From positions 1-64,000 of the forward strand of contig CAXXMD010000003.1 of assembly GCA_963675755.2 (NCBI GenBank): a stretch of DNA of 64,000 bases, written 5' to 3'. Below the pieces are notes generated by a model that had not been told where the DNA came from, made no database searches, and saw only the letters and a program-made list of their open reading frames with translations. Below are positions 38,282-49,500 of the stretch, piece by piece. Each line of letters begins with the position of its first letter. Position 1 is the stretch's first letter. This stretch comes from a bacterium. GTDB taxonomy: Bacteria > Zhuqueibacterota > Zhuqueibacteria > Residuimicrobiales > Krinioviventaceae. The position numbers and the translations under genes are program-made.

Positions 38282-39163
38282 ATGAATAAAGCACCAAAAT
38301 ATAGAAGTAAAGAACGAGATATTCCAATTAACATCCATTTTTATGATAAAACATCACAAAAAAACAAACAAGAAGATATTTATGATTTAAATCTAAATTA
38401 TAGTTCTAATGGACCAGCTTTTAATGAAATAATATTTCATTCTATCAACTTTAACGAAAAAAAAATTAAAGAAAACTTTGGTGATTTAAATTTACAGATT
38501 AATAATTCTTTTAATTACTTGTATGAATATGCATCTCTATATTTAAGTTTAATTTATGCTCCAATTTTGGTAGAAAGGAATCCAGCGACTAAAATAATAT
38601 TCCCGTGTTTTCACAAATCACTAATTGGATTATATTCTGCATTTTTTCTTACATGCAAAGGTTTTTGGGGGGCTGCGAGACCATTAATAAGATTAACATT
38701 TGAATCAATAATAATCGCAAAATTTTGTTCTGTTAATTATGAATCCGATGTATTTGATAAATGGATAGATGGAATGCCACTTTTTTTTAGCAACTCCATA
38801 TTGAAAAAAATTGAAAAACCTAAAACGGAAGAATTTAAAAAATTTTGGACAATCCTTAATGGATTTACTCATTCTTCAATATATTCATCTCAACCAGATA
38901 TAAAGGTTAGCCCAGATTTAAAGAATATACAGTTAAATTTAGTTTTTATTGAAATGATGTTAGTATGTAAATATCATTTATTAAATTCTCATTTGGTAAC
39001 TACAAATTTAAAATATTATCAAACTGTTTTTGACAATAAATATCGAGCACGTGAATTGCGCACCTTAATTAATGCAAACAACTTAAAAATGAAAAAAAAT
39101 CTAGGAAAAGATGGCAAGGCGCTAATTCGAGATTACAAAAGTACATGGATTACAAAAGAATAA
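38282..39163 (+). CDS. Hypothetical protein (very AT-rich; possibly DUF5677/HEPN-like helical protein)
   Basis: 293-aa ORF with ARPLIRLTFES and NGFTHSS motifs; family assignment tentative; start uncertain because it lies inside the repeat. Confidence 0.7.
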   Translation: MNKAPKYRSKERDIPINIHFYDKTSQKNKQEDIYDLNLNYSSNGPAFNEIIFHSINFNEKKIKENFGDLNLQINNSFNYLYEYASLYLSLIYAPILVERNPATKIIFPCFHKSLIGLYSAFFLTCKGFWGAARPLIRLTFESIIIAKFCSVNYESDVFDKWIDGMPLFFSNSILKKIEKPKTEEFKKFWTILNGFTHSSIYSSQPDIKVSPDLKNIQLNLVFIEMMLVCKYHLLNSHLVTTNLKYYQTVFDNKYRARELRTLINANNLKMKKNLGKDGKALIRDYKSTWITKE

Positions 39164-39169
39164 CAGTCA

Positions 39170-39376
39170 GTAGCCCAGGCTTCATGCCCGGGGCTTTTTT
39201 TCTGAATCAGGAATCAACTATAACCTTCGTGTTCTTCGTGAGCTTTGTGGTTAATTTATTACTACCACGAAGAACTCGAAGGTCACGAAGCTAAAAGATG
39301 CCAGTCCAATGCCCGCGCTTCACAAACGGGCTTTTTGTCTGAATTAGGATTCTAAGATGTATAAGATGATAGGATT
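39170..39376. repeat. Composite intergenic repeat: GTAG-REP, 9-bp-periodic CTTCGTG/CACGAAG hairpin and AGGATT arm
   Basis: gtagcccaggc-ttcat-gcccggggct; cttcgtgtt-cttcgtgag-ctttgtggt...accacgaag-aactcgaag-gtcacgaag; 39199-39376 recurs at 42722-42898. Confidence 0.88.
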
Positions 39377-39482
39377 CAGAAAAGTGAGCATACTTATATT
39401 CTTGTAAATCCTTTAATATCGTACTTTATTACAAATTGTTACCAGATAGAAATACTAACCAAACAACCCCCAAAAGGTAAAT

Positions 39483-40154
39483 ATGAAAACAAGAACGATT
39501 GTGTTGTTCCTTTTAATATTACAATGCAACCTGGTTGTTGCTCAAAAAGTAGACAAAGACAGTTTATCTATTGAAATAAAACAGATAAAAATTGTTAAAT
39601 CTCCATGGGGATTACAGTTCGGATTCGGTATATCAAAATTTATTTACCAGGCTGGTACAGAAAACTGGATTGGAAACCATACGAGTCCCGATATAAAATT
39701 TATTTTATATCATAATAATCTAAGTTTTGGCCTGAATTTTAAACCATGGACAGTAAATCCAAAAAATAATTTATTTGTAGGAGGCGATACATTATCTTCT
39801 TTTGCAGATTTAAATCCAATTAAACTAGAGTTAAATATAGGTTATAATTATAATGTCACAAATACAACCAGCATAGAGTCCTATATAGGATACCTGAATT
39901 CGTCATTCCATGTTATCAATCAAGATGTTTTACAAAAGAAATACAATATATCATCACAACATGGTATAACATTAGGTGCCAATATAAATAAATATATAGA
40001 ATTCTTGCCCTATCAATATATTGTATTCTATCTAAACACGAATTACAATTTTTCGGATTATACTAAAATCCATCCAAGTTTGGGTAGTTCCTTTTATGCA
40101 ATCGAGTTAGGGGTAGCATTTAAAGGATGGTTCAAAAAAACCAGTTTCAATTGA
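39483..40154 (+). CDS. Hypothetical exported protein, probable outer-membrane beta-barrel
   Basis: 223 aa; signal peptide, alternating G/aromatic beta-strands. Confidence 0.75.
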   Translation: MKTRTIVLFLLILQCNLVVAQKVDKDSLSIEIKQIKIVKSPWGLQFGFGISKFIYQAGTENWIGNHTSPDIKFILYHNNLSFGLNFKPWTVNPKNNLFVGGDTLSSFADLNPIKLELNIGYNYNVTNTTSIESYIGYLNSSFHVINQDVLQKKYNISSQHGITLGANINKYIEFLPYQYIVFYLNTNYNFSDYTKIHPSLGSSFYAIELGVAFKGWFKKTSFN

Positions 40155-40166
40155 CAACCCTAGTCT

Positions 40167-40404
40167 GTAGCCCGGTCATCTTGCACGGAGCTTTGCCTTC
40201 GTGTTCTTCGTGAACTTTGTGGTTCAATTTTAACCACAAAGCACACAAAGTTCACGAAGATTGATTCTACTTGCCGTATCAACAACATAATCCTTACTTT
40301 TCAGAGTGAACGAATCCCCTCACCAAAACAAATCCACAATGACGGGCCAATGGCCCATCTTACGCTGTAATATTCAAACGATCCAGTTGTCTGATTTAGG
40401 ATTT
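40167..40404. repeat. Composite intergenic repeat (degenerate GTAG-REP, 9-bp hairpin, REP remnant, TTGTCTGA end)
   Basis: gtagcccggtc..., cttcgtgttcttcgtgaactttgtggtt...aaccacaaagcacacaaagttcacgaag (40197-40259); 40321-40400 resembles 42657-42735. Confidence 0.82.
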
Positions 40405-40727
40405 TTAGGAAATATATGATTATATGATACAGGCAAGTAGCGCTTCACAATGACTTTCATACCGAAACTCAAAGGATCCAATTCAAGCCCTCTCATTTTT
40501 AATAGAATTGAATATTATAAAGCATAAAATTGTTAAATAAAAAAATGGGATTAAAGGGTGATTGATATTTTTCAAGTTTGACATTTTATATAGCTTTATG
40601 ATTTTCCTCCGATAGCATTACTTACTCTACACAACACATCCACCAAAGTCTACTCTCTATAAATCTTCATAAACAAATATCAAAATATTGGGAAAAGAAT
40701 TATCAAAAGTTACAAAAGGAGTAATCC

Positions 40728-42608
40728 ATGAAAATGTATTATCTTATTTTATTGATGATTTTATGTCTATCCTGTACAAAAAATCATATTCAAAATGTAA
40801 AGCAGTATACTATTGAACAATTCCTTGATACAACCACAAATTTTGGCATTTCATTTTCCCCAGACGAAAAAAGTATATTATTCACAAGCGACCAGTCTGG
40901 TGTGTTCAATGTTTACAAAATTGACATTGCAAGTAACAATATAATACAAAAGACTAACTCTGACAGTACTGCAAATTTCATGATATCGTTTTTCCCTAAT
41001 GATAATAGAATATTATTCGACGCTGATGATGAAGGAAATGAAATTTATCATATATATCTAAAAGAAAAAGATGGTTCTGTTCGTGATTTAACACCATTTG
41101 ATAAGGCAAGATCACAATTTATAAAATGGAATTATGATAAAAAAAGTTTCTTTTTTGTTTCCAATAAACGCAATCCCAAATATATGGATTTATTTGAAAT
41201 GAATATCAAAGATTTTAAATCCAAAATTATTTTTCAGAACAATGATGGATATAATATTATAGATATTTCAAATAATAATAAACTCTTATTATTAAGTAAA
41301 ACAATTACAAGTAATAATTCAGATATGTTTCTATATCATCTTAATAATACCAATAAACTTGAACATCTTTCCAAACATAAAGGTGACATTATTTTCCAAC
41401 CAGTTACCTTTAGTGTTGATTCAAAAAATATCTTATTTTTAACAGATAATGATCACGAATTCAAATATCTGGCTCAATACAACATTCTTACAGGTGAAAA
41501 AAAAATATTACAAAAATACAATTGGGATATTAAATACGCCAAACTTTCAATAAATGGGAAATATCTTATTGTTGGAATTAATTCAGATGCCACGACAAAA
41601 ATTCGGATATTCAATTATAAAACGGGAAAAGAAGTGAATTTGCCTGAAATGCCTGATGGGTCTGTTACTTCGATTAAAGTTTCAAAAAGTGAAGAGCTTG
41701 TGGCATTTTATATCAATAATTCTACTTCACCTAACGATTTATTTGTTTATAATTTTAACACAAAAGTTTATCAAAAATTAACTGAATCGTTAAATAAAAA
41801 TATTGATGTTAATGATCTGGTCACAGCTCAAACAGTTAGATTCCCGTCATTTGATGGACTTGAAATCCCTTCATTGTTGTATATACCCAAGAATTTAAAA
41901 AAAAGAGAAAAAACAGCTGCATTGATTCAGGTACATGGTGGACCAGGGGGACAATCGCAAGTTCTTTACGATGCAACAATCCAATATCTGGTAAATCATG
42001 AATATGTAGTTCTGGCTGTTAATAATCGTGGAAGTTCAGGTTATGGTAAAACATTTAATAAAGCAGATGATCAAAAACATGGTGATCATGATTTGCGTGA
42101 TTGTGTTGAAGCAAAAAAATTTTTAATAAATACAGGCATGGTTGATCCTGAAAAAATTGGTATTATAGGAGGAAGTTATGGTGGATATATGGTTCTGGCG
42201 GGATTAGCATTCCAACCAGAAGAATTTGCTATTGGTATAGATATGTTTGGAATTTCAAATTGGGTGCGAACATTGGAAAGTATCCCTGCCTGGTGGGAGG
42301 CAGCACGCAATGCATTATATAATGAGATAGGAGATCCTGAATCACAGCGAGATATGTTAAAAGCGAAATCACCATTATTCTACGCGGCTAACATTTCAAA
42401 ACCGCTTCTTGTTCTTCAAGGTGCGAATGATCCAAGAGTGCTAAAAATTGAGTCAGATGAAATTGTACAAGCCGTTAGGAAAAACAATATTCCAGTAGAA
42501 TATATTGTATTTAATGATGAAGGACACGGTTTCCGTAAAAAAGAAAACCGTATCAAAGGGTATAGAGCTATTTTAAAGTTTGCTGATCAATATTTAAAAA
42601 ACAATTAA
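40728..42608 (+). CDS. S9 family (prolyl oligopeptidase / acylaminoacyl peptidase) lipoprotein
   Basis: Lipobox CLSC, beta-propeller, VHGGPG, GGSYGG nucleophile, GANDPRV, DEGHGF. Confidence 0.95.
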   Translation: MKMYYLILLMILCLSCTKNHIQNVKQYTIEQFLDTTTNFGISFSPDEKSILFTSDQSGVFNVYKIDIASNNIIQKTNSDSTANFMISFFPNDNRILFDADDEGNEIYHIYLKEKDGSVRDLTPFDKARSQFIKWNYDKKSFFFVSNKRNPKYMDLFEMNIKDFKSKIIFQNNDGYNIIDISNNNKLLLLSKTITSNNSDMFLYHLNNTNKLEHLSKHKGDIIFQPVTFSVDSKNILFLTDNDHEFKYLAQYNILTGEKKILQKYNWDIKYAKLSINGKYLIVGINSDATTKIRIFNYKTGKEVNLPEMPDGSVTSIKVSKSEELVAFYINNSTSPNDLFVYNFNTKVYQKLTESLNKNIDVNDLVTAQTVRFPSFDGLEIPSLLYIPKNLKKREKTAALIQVHGGPGGQSQVLYDATIQYLVNHEYVVLAVNNRGSSGYGKTFNKADDQKHGDHDLRDCVEAKKFLINTGMVDPEKIGIIGGSYGGYMVLAGLAFQPEEFAIGIDMFGISNWVRTLESIPAWWEAARNALYNEIGDPESQRDMLKAKSPLFYAANISKPLLVLQGANDPRVLKIESDEIVQAVRKNNIPVEYIVFNDEGHGFRKKENRIKGYRAILKFADQYLKNN

Positions 42609-42636
42609 AACTTGTCCCATCTCATCATTGTCAGCT

Positions 42637-42699
42637 CGTAGGTTGGGCGATTCACCCACCAAGCAAACCAAAAATGACGGGCCAATAGCCCATCCTACG
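42637..42699. repeat. GTAG-family REP pair (REPIN-like)
   Basis: cgtaggttgggc ... gcccatcctacg, inverted with 1 mismatch; each half has an internal hairpin. Confidence 0.75.
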
Positions 42700-42721
42700 T
42701 TCTAAATTTTAGACAATTCAG

Positions 42722-42898
42722 TTGTCTAAATCAGAAATCAACTATAAACTTCGTGTTCTTCGTGAACTTTGTGGTTCAATTTTAACCACGAGCACACAAA
42801 GGTCACGAAGCTAAAAGATGACAGTCCAATGCCCGCGCTTCACAAACGGAGCCTTTTGTCTGAATTAGGATTGCTAGGATTAACAAGATGATAGGATT
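42722..42898. repeat. Second copy of the ~180-bp composite repeat (first copy 39199-39376)
   Basis: Shares aatcaactataa.cttcgtgttcttcgtga.ctttgtggtt...ggtcacgaagctaaaagatg.cagtccaatgcccgcgcttcacaaacgg...ttgtctgaattaggatt. Confidence 0.9.
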
Positions 42899-42912
42899 AT
42901 AAAAACAAGAAT

Positions 42913-43106
42913 AAATCCCAATCCTATTCATCCTTTAATCCTGTGAATCATGGTTTATCACGGTAATCCTTCAATCCTGTGAATCGTGGTTTATCATGGT
43001 AATCCTTTAATCCTGTGAATCATGGTCAATCAAGGTAATCCTTTAATCCTGTTAATCTGGGTATTAATCCGGGTCGATCCTGTCAATCCGGGTCAAAATG
43101 CGGGTT
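42913..43106. repeat. AATCC-core tandem repeat with a 36-bp higher-order unit
   Basis: Units at 42929, 42965 and 43001 plus a partial at 43037: aatcctttaatcctgtgaatcatggtttatcacggt; no spacers. Confidence 0.9.
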
Positions 43107-43250
43107 AATTTTTTTATCAGCATCAAAAAAGTTATTGCTTTTTTCCCAAATAATAACTTATTTACATTTGGAAGTAATGGGGCGGGCCAAAAGAGAACCT
43201 TTCTATTTTTTAAAAAACAATTCCTCAATTAAAAGTATTAGGAAAGTAGA

Positions 43251-46200
43251 ATGAATACGATTAAAAACGTATGTCTCTTTATTATTATGTGTGTTTCAAT
43301 AACACAAGCTCAAGACATTCAAATTCAATGGGCAAAAACATATGATTATGGATATAGTTATAAAAACATCATTGATTTTGCACATGATGATGGATTTGTT
43401 TTCTCAGCTAGTTATAATAAAATTGTAAAGATTGACAAACAAGGTATTATTCAAGAGGATTGGCCGCAGGATCCAGTTCCAAATAACCAATATACAAGAT
43501 ATATCCAAAAGTGTAATGAAGGTTATATAATTACAGGTAGTGATTACCAAGTCGAATATGAAGACAGGATCATGCTTAAGAAACTTGACAACCAGGGTCG
43601 GCAAGTATGGGTAAAGTTTCATTACAATTCTGGTCATGAAAATCATGGTAGATTTGTCAAACAAACACATGACAATGGCTACATTCTTTTTTACACTTCA
43701 TTTAGTTATGCTGACCCACCGGCAAGCGGCCCACCGGACTATTGGATAATGAAAACGGATCCAAATGGGGAAAAAGAATGGGATTATGAAATTACATGTG
43801 GTGAGGACGAAGATATTGAAGCAATACATCAAACATCAGACGGTGGTTTTATTGTAGCTTATAACAATGGTAATGGATATCTGCTCCGGCTAACTGCAGA
43901 TGGACAAAAAATCTGGCAAAAAAAACATAAAAATATATCTTATGCTTTACCAACAAAAGATGGTGGATACATTATTTGCGGTAACAATTATTCAAACGAT
44001 TATCCTTTACGTGATGCAGCATATTTAAAAAAATTAGATGAAAATGGAGATGAAATTTGGGAAAAAATCTTTAAAGGTGATACGAAATATGCCTTTTTAA
44101 AAAATATTAGTAAACTGGACAACAATAGCTATTTATTATGTGGTCAAATGCGATATTCTGATTGGAATTCATCCATTTCGTGGTTAATCAAAACGGATAG
44201 TTTAGGTAATAAAATATGGGAAAAAACATTAACAGAAATTGATGTCGTAAAACAAACTTTAAAAATCTCCAACAATGAATTTCTTTTATTCGGTGACAAG
44301 GATCATTATACAACAATAATAAAAATCAATGAAAACACCCAACAAGACCCCTCAAGCATTGTATTGTTAGACCCTGTATTTTATAAATTGGGAGTTGGCA
44401 CCCAACCGTGTCTGGATTGGACCAGCATTGCCAATGCTACATCATACCTCGTTGAAATATCTGAAAACATTGACATGTCAGCCCCTGTCATCTCAAAAAC
44501 AGTTTCAAATAGTTCAAATTGTATCATCGATAGTTTGTCATATTCTACACAATATTATTGGAGGGTCAAAGCCCAATTCCCGGATGGATCTGGTCAATGG
44601 TCAGGTATCAGCACATTTACAACAATGCCTCCACCCCACATAGCGTTTAATGATAAAGAATACAATATGTCTTATGTGGATGTTGGCGATCAATATTACA
44701 CAGACAGAGAATATACCATAACAGAACTGCCGGAGCCATTGAAAAATTGCCTGTGGATCAAAACAAAAAACAGCGACAAATATTTAACCGACGATGATTA
44801 CATTCAATTTCAGCTAAAAAGAGATGCAACTATCTATATCGCCTATGATAATCGTGCAAGCGCTGTCCCCCATTGGTTGTTATCCGGTTTTGAACAAACT
44901 GAATATACGATTCAGAGTTCTGATGATGAAAGTACCTTTAATATCTGGAAGGACCGGTTCCCGGCAGGTGATGTAACATTAGGGGCAAATTCGGCAACTG
45001 GAGCAGAGGATGTGCAAACAAATTATGTTGTATTCATAGATATACCACTGCAAATGCTTGATCCCAGAGATAACAAATCAGGGATTGGATATAATTTATA
45101 CTTTAGCTGGGAAGAAATTGGCAATTTCGGCAATTATGATTTACAAATAAGCGACAGTCAGGACATGTCATCACCCTTGCATAACATTACCAATATTAAT
45201 GAATCCAGATATTTATTAAAAGGATTGGACTTTAATAAAGACTATTACTGGAGGATCAAAGCGCACAATCGTAACGATGTGGATGCCTGGTACCAGACAC
45301 AAAAATTCCATACAATGGCTAAACCTCCGGTTTCAATTTCATTTTGGTCAAATGATTTTGCTTCATTGTCATGGCTTGAAGAAAAGGATCAATACTATAT
45401 TGACCGGAATGATATTGTTCTTTCCATCCCTGATCAGTTGAAAAATTTGCTATGGATCAAAACCGCAAATAATGATGCAGATAAGGATAACATCCGTAAT
45501 ACGGATATATATTTTGAAAATGATGCAACCCTCTATGTGGGCTTTGATAAAAGGGCCACTTCCCTGCCCAATTGGGTAACAGACGATTTTAAAAATACTG
45601 GGTTAACCATAACCGTATCTGATTCAGCAAATGAATTAAACATATGGACCAGAAATGTTGATAAAGGCCATATCGAATTGGGATCAAATATGGCAGAAGG
45701 CGCTGAAAATATTAAAAGTCATTATGTCGTTTTAATAGACCCCAACCAGGTTCCTCCGCTTTCAGCCAATTTTGGTTCAGATGTAACATCAGGAGTGCAA
45801 CCCTTGACTGTTAATTTCTCAGACCATTCTCAAGGATTTATAACATCATGGGTATGGGATTTTGGTGACGGTGCAACCTCTTCGGAACAGAATCCCTCCC
45901 ACACCTATGAAAACACGGGAAGCTACACTGTTAGCCTGACAGTCAGTGGGCCAGATACTTTTGATACTATAATAAAAGAAAATTATATTACCGTAAAAAA
46001 TGTGATTGCAAATTTCAGTGCGGATGTGACTATGGGAAAAGCACCGCTAACCGTAAGTTTTACCGACAGTTCATTGGGTGAAATCGACTCCTGGTTATGG
46101 AAATTTGGAGACGGACTCACAAGTACAGCGCAAAATCCATCGCACGTTTACACCTCTGGCGACTCGTTCACGGTAACGCTATTTGTACGTAATTCCAATG

Positions 46201-46541
46201 GATCAAATACTATGGTCAAAACGAATTATATAATAGTCGATCACCCAACATCCATTGACGATATGGCCGAAATACCCAAAAAATTCGATTTACTGCCCAA
46301 CTATCCCAATCCATTCAATCCGCAAACCACAATCCGGTTTGCGGTTCCGAAAAAGTCATTTGTGAAAATTTCTATTTATGACATTAACGGAAAGCTGGTA
46401 AGCAATTTATTCTCCGGAATCAAAAGCCCGGGAAATTATGCCATCACATGGAATGCTTCAGGCTTTCCATCAGGTATGTATTTCATCAAAATGGATACAG
46501 ATACCTACTCGTCTGTTAGAAAATGTATCTTGGTTAAATAA
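43251..46541 (+). CDS. Secreted multidomain protein: beta-propeller-like N-terminus, Fn3-like, 2 PKD, T9SS-type/FlgD-Ig C-terminal domain
   Basis: Signal peptide; W(E/Q)K-type repeats; YYWRVKA; WDFGDG and WKFGDG; NYPNPFNP...SGMYF. Confidence 0.9.
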   Translation: MNTIKNVCLFIIMCVSITQAQDIQIQWAKTYDYGYSYKNIIDFAHDDGFVFSASYNKIVKIDKQGIIQEDWPQDPVPNNQYTRYIQKCNEGYIITGSDYQVEYEDRIMLKKLDNQGRQVWVKFHYNSGHENHGRFVKQTHDNGYILFYTSFSYADPPASGPPDYWIMKTDPNGEKEWDYEITCGEDEDIEAIHQTSDGGFIVAYNNGNGYLLRLTADGQKIWQKKHKNISYALPTKDGGYIICGNNYSNDYPLRDAAYLKKLDENGDEIWEKIFKGDTKYAFLKNISKLDNNSYLLCGQMRYSDWNSSISWLIKTDSLGNKIWEKTLTEIDVVKQTLKISNNEFLLFGDKDHYTTIIKINENTQQDPSSIVLLDPVFYKLGVGTQPCLDWTSIANATSYLVEISENIDMSAPVISKTVSNSSNCIIDSLSYSTQYYWRVKAQFPDGSGQWSGISTFTTMPPPHIAFNDKEYNMSYVDVGDQYYTDREYTITELPEPLKNCLWIKTKNSDKYLTDDDYIQFQLKRDATIYIAYDNRASAVPHWLLSGFEQTEYTIQSSDDESTFNIWKDRFPAGDVTLGANSATGAEDVQTNYVVFIDIPLQMLDPRDNKSGIGYNLYFSWEEIGNFGNYDLQISDSQDMSSPLHNITNINESRYLLKGLDFNKDYYWRIKAHNRNDVDAWYQTQKFHTMAKPPVSISFWSNDFASLSWLEEKDQYYIDRNDIVLSIPDQLKNLLWIKTANNDADKDNIRNTDIYFENDATLYVGFDKRATSLPNWVTDDFKNTGLTITVSDSANELNIWTRNVDKGHIELGSNMAEGAENIKSHYVVLIDPNQVPPLSANFGSDVTSGVQPLTVNFSDHSQGFITSWVWDFGDGATSSEQNPSHTYENTGSYTVSLTVSGPDTFDTIIKENYITVKNVIANFSADVTMGKAPLTVSFTDSSLGEIDSWLWKFGDGLTSTAQNPSHVYTSGDSFTVTLFVRNSNGSNTMVKTNYIIVDHPTSIDDMAEIPKKFDLLPNYPNPFNPQTTIRFAVPKKSFVKISIYDINGKLVSNLFSGIKSPGNYAITWNASGFPSGMYFIKMDTDTYSSVRKCILVK

Positions 46542-46557
46542 CTATTAGGGGGAAACC

Positions 46558-49500
46558 GTGAACACAATGAAAAACATATGTCTGCTTATATTATCAATTA
46601 TTTCAATCACACTATCTCAAGACCTTCAAATTAAATGGTCAAAAACATATAACGATACACATGGAAATAATATTGATCTTGCTCATGATGGAGGATTTGT
46701 ATTAAATCTTGGTGCACAAGGAATTGTCAAGGTTAATAATCAGGGAATTATTCAGGATGATTGGCCTCAGGATCCTGCTCAATATCACTATGGTTATATA
46801 CAAAAGTGCGATGAAGGCTATATAACAATTGGAAACACTCGTCTGGAAGAAACCTCTAAATTAACGGCAATATTAAAAAAACTTGATAACCAGGGCAATC
46901 TGATTTGGGAAAAATACTATTACAAAGAAGACCGTGGTGATGTTGATGTTTGGAACTCGGGTGATTTTGTTAAACAAACACAAGACAAGGGCTATATTCT
47001 TTTTTGCACTTCAGATAATAATGCGGATCCGTCAGGTGACCGGACGAGCTTTTGGTTTATTAAAACTGATCCATATGGAGAGATAGAGTGGGAAGAAGGA
47101 GCAAGTGGTGATTATTATGGAGAAAATACAACCAAAGCTGTACATCAATTATCCGATGATGGCTATCTTTTCGTCTATAACAACGATTATGGCGGATTGA
47201 CCAGGTTATCACCAGACGGTCAGGAAATCTGGGAAAAAAGTTATGAAAAAATCATACAATACGCCTTACCAACAGATGATGATGGTTTCCTTGTTTGTGG
47301 TAACAGCTATTCAGCTTCTAACCTGGCACATTATACAGCCTATTTAACAAAGTTGGACGAAAATGGAGACAAAATTTGGGAAAAAACTTTTCAAAATGTT
47401 TCTAAAGACTCTTATTTAACAAGCATAACAAAATTAGATAATAATAACTATATGTTGTGCGGTAGAAATATTGATGCATCAGATTGGAGATTGTCAGAAG
47501 GCTGGCTGATCAAAACGGATAGTTTTGGCAATAAGATATGGGAAAAAACATTTCCTGAAATTAATAATATAAAACAAATCCTGGTTGTTTCTGAAAACGA
47601 ATATTTATTATTTGGTGACAAGGATAGTGATGTAACTTTAATCAAAATCAAAGAATATACTCAGCAAGGTTCCACAAGACTTGACTTGTTAGATCCCGTT
47701 AACAACAAATTGGGGGTTGGAACTCAACTTTGTCTGGATTGGACCAGTTTTGAAAATGCCTCATCATACCTCATTGAAATAGATGACAACAGTGACATGA
47801 TAGATCCTGTCATTTCGGAAACAGTCTCCAATAATTCAAACTATATTATTAAAGGCTTGTCATATGCTACACAGTATTACTGGAGAGTAAGAGCCAATTT
47901 ACCTGATGGTTCAAATCACTGGTCTAATACCAGTTCATTTAAAACAATGCCCCCACCCTCAATAGAACTCAACGGAACAGATGGGTATTGCAGTTCTTAT
48001 GTAGATGTTGGGGACCAATATTACACAGACAGAGAATATATCATAACAGAACTGCCGGAGCCATTGAAAAATTGCCTGTGGATCAAAACAAAAAACAGCG
48101 ACAAATATTTAACCGACGATGATTACATTCAATTTCAGCTAAAAAGAGATGCAACCATCTATATCGCCTATGACAATCGTGCAAGCGCTGTCCCCCATTG
48201 GTTGTCATCCGGATTCGAACAAACCCAATACACCATTGTAACTAGTGATGAATACTGCAATTTAAATGTCTGGAAGGGCCAATTTGCAGCAGGTGATGTA
48301 ACATTAGGGGCTAATTTGGCAACTGGTGCAGAGGGAGTGCTAACAAATTTTAGTGTGCTCATAGATATTCCCCTGCAAACGCTTGATCCCAGAAACAACA
48401 AAGCAGGAATTGGAATTGATTTAGCCTTTAGCTGGGAGCCATTGGGAAATTTTGGGAATTATGATTTGCAAATCAGCGACAATCAGGACATGTCATCGCC
48501 TTTGTATAATATTGCAGACATAATAAATCCCAGGTATTATTTAAATGAATTGGATTATGACAAAGATTATTACTGGAGAGTCAAAGCTCACAATCGTAGC
48601 GATGATAATGCATGGTCACAAAAGCAAAAATTTCATACAATGACAGAACCCCCTGTTGATATCTCACATTATTCAAATAATGTATTGTCCTGGCTTGAAG
48701 AAAACGATCAATACTATATGGACCAAAATCATGTGGTTCTTTCTATCCCTGATCCGTTAAAAAATTCACTCTGGATCAAAACTGAAAATAACAATTCACA
48801 AAACAACTATGATCATTTTATAAGCATTTCTTTAGATACTAGAGCAACAATCTATGTTGGCTTTGATTCAAGGGCCACTTCCCTGCCCAATTGGTTAACA
48901 GACGATTATGTTAATACCGGATTAACGATCAAAGTTTCTGATGAAGCAGAGGAATTAAATATTTGGTCCAGATATATTGCTACAGGCTATGTCAGCCTTG
49001 GATCAAACATGGCAGCAGGCGCTGAAAACATCAAAAGTCAGTATGTTGTTTTAATAGACTTTAAAGAGGTATCACTCATTTCAGCTAATTTCGGTTCAGA
49101 TGTAACATCAGGATTTCTGCCATTGACCGTCAATTTTGCAGACAGCTCACAAGGCCTTATCCCCATAACCTCCTGGTTATGGAATTTTGGTGACGGAGTA
49201 ACATCTACTGAGCAAAATCCCTCCCACACCTATGAAAAAACGGGAAGCTATGCCGTCAGCCTGACAGTCAGTGGAGCAGACACTTTTGATACAAAATCAA
49301 TAGGAAATTACATTACAGTATACGAAACAATACCCGTTGCAATTTTTGGTGCAGACAAAACATCAGGAGATCTGCCATTGACCGTTAATTTTTCTGACAG
49401 GTCCCATGGGCATATAGAATCCTGGTTATGGAATTTTGGTGATGGAACAACCTCAACAGATCAGAGTCCTTCCCACACCTATGAAAACGTGGGCAGCTAT

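Noticed and set aside
42929-43062. 36-bp repeats as a CRISPR array
   Set aside because: Units are directly adjacent with no unique spacers, are built of AATCC subrepeats, and no cas genes are present.
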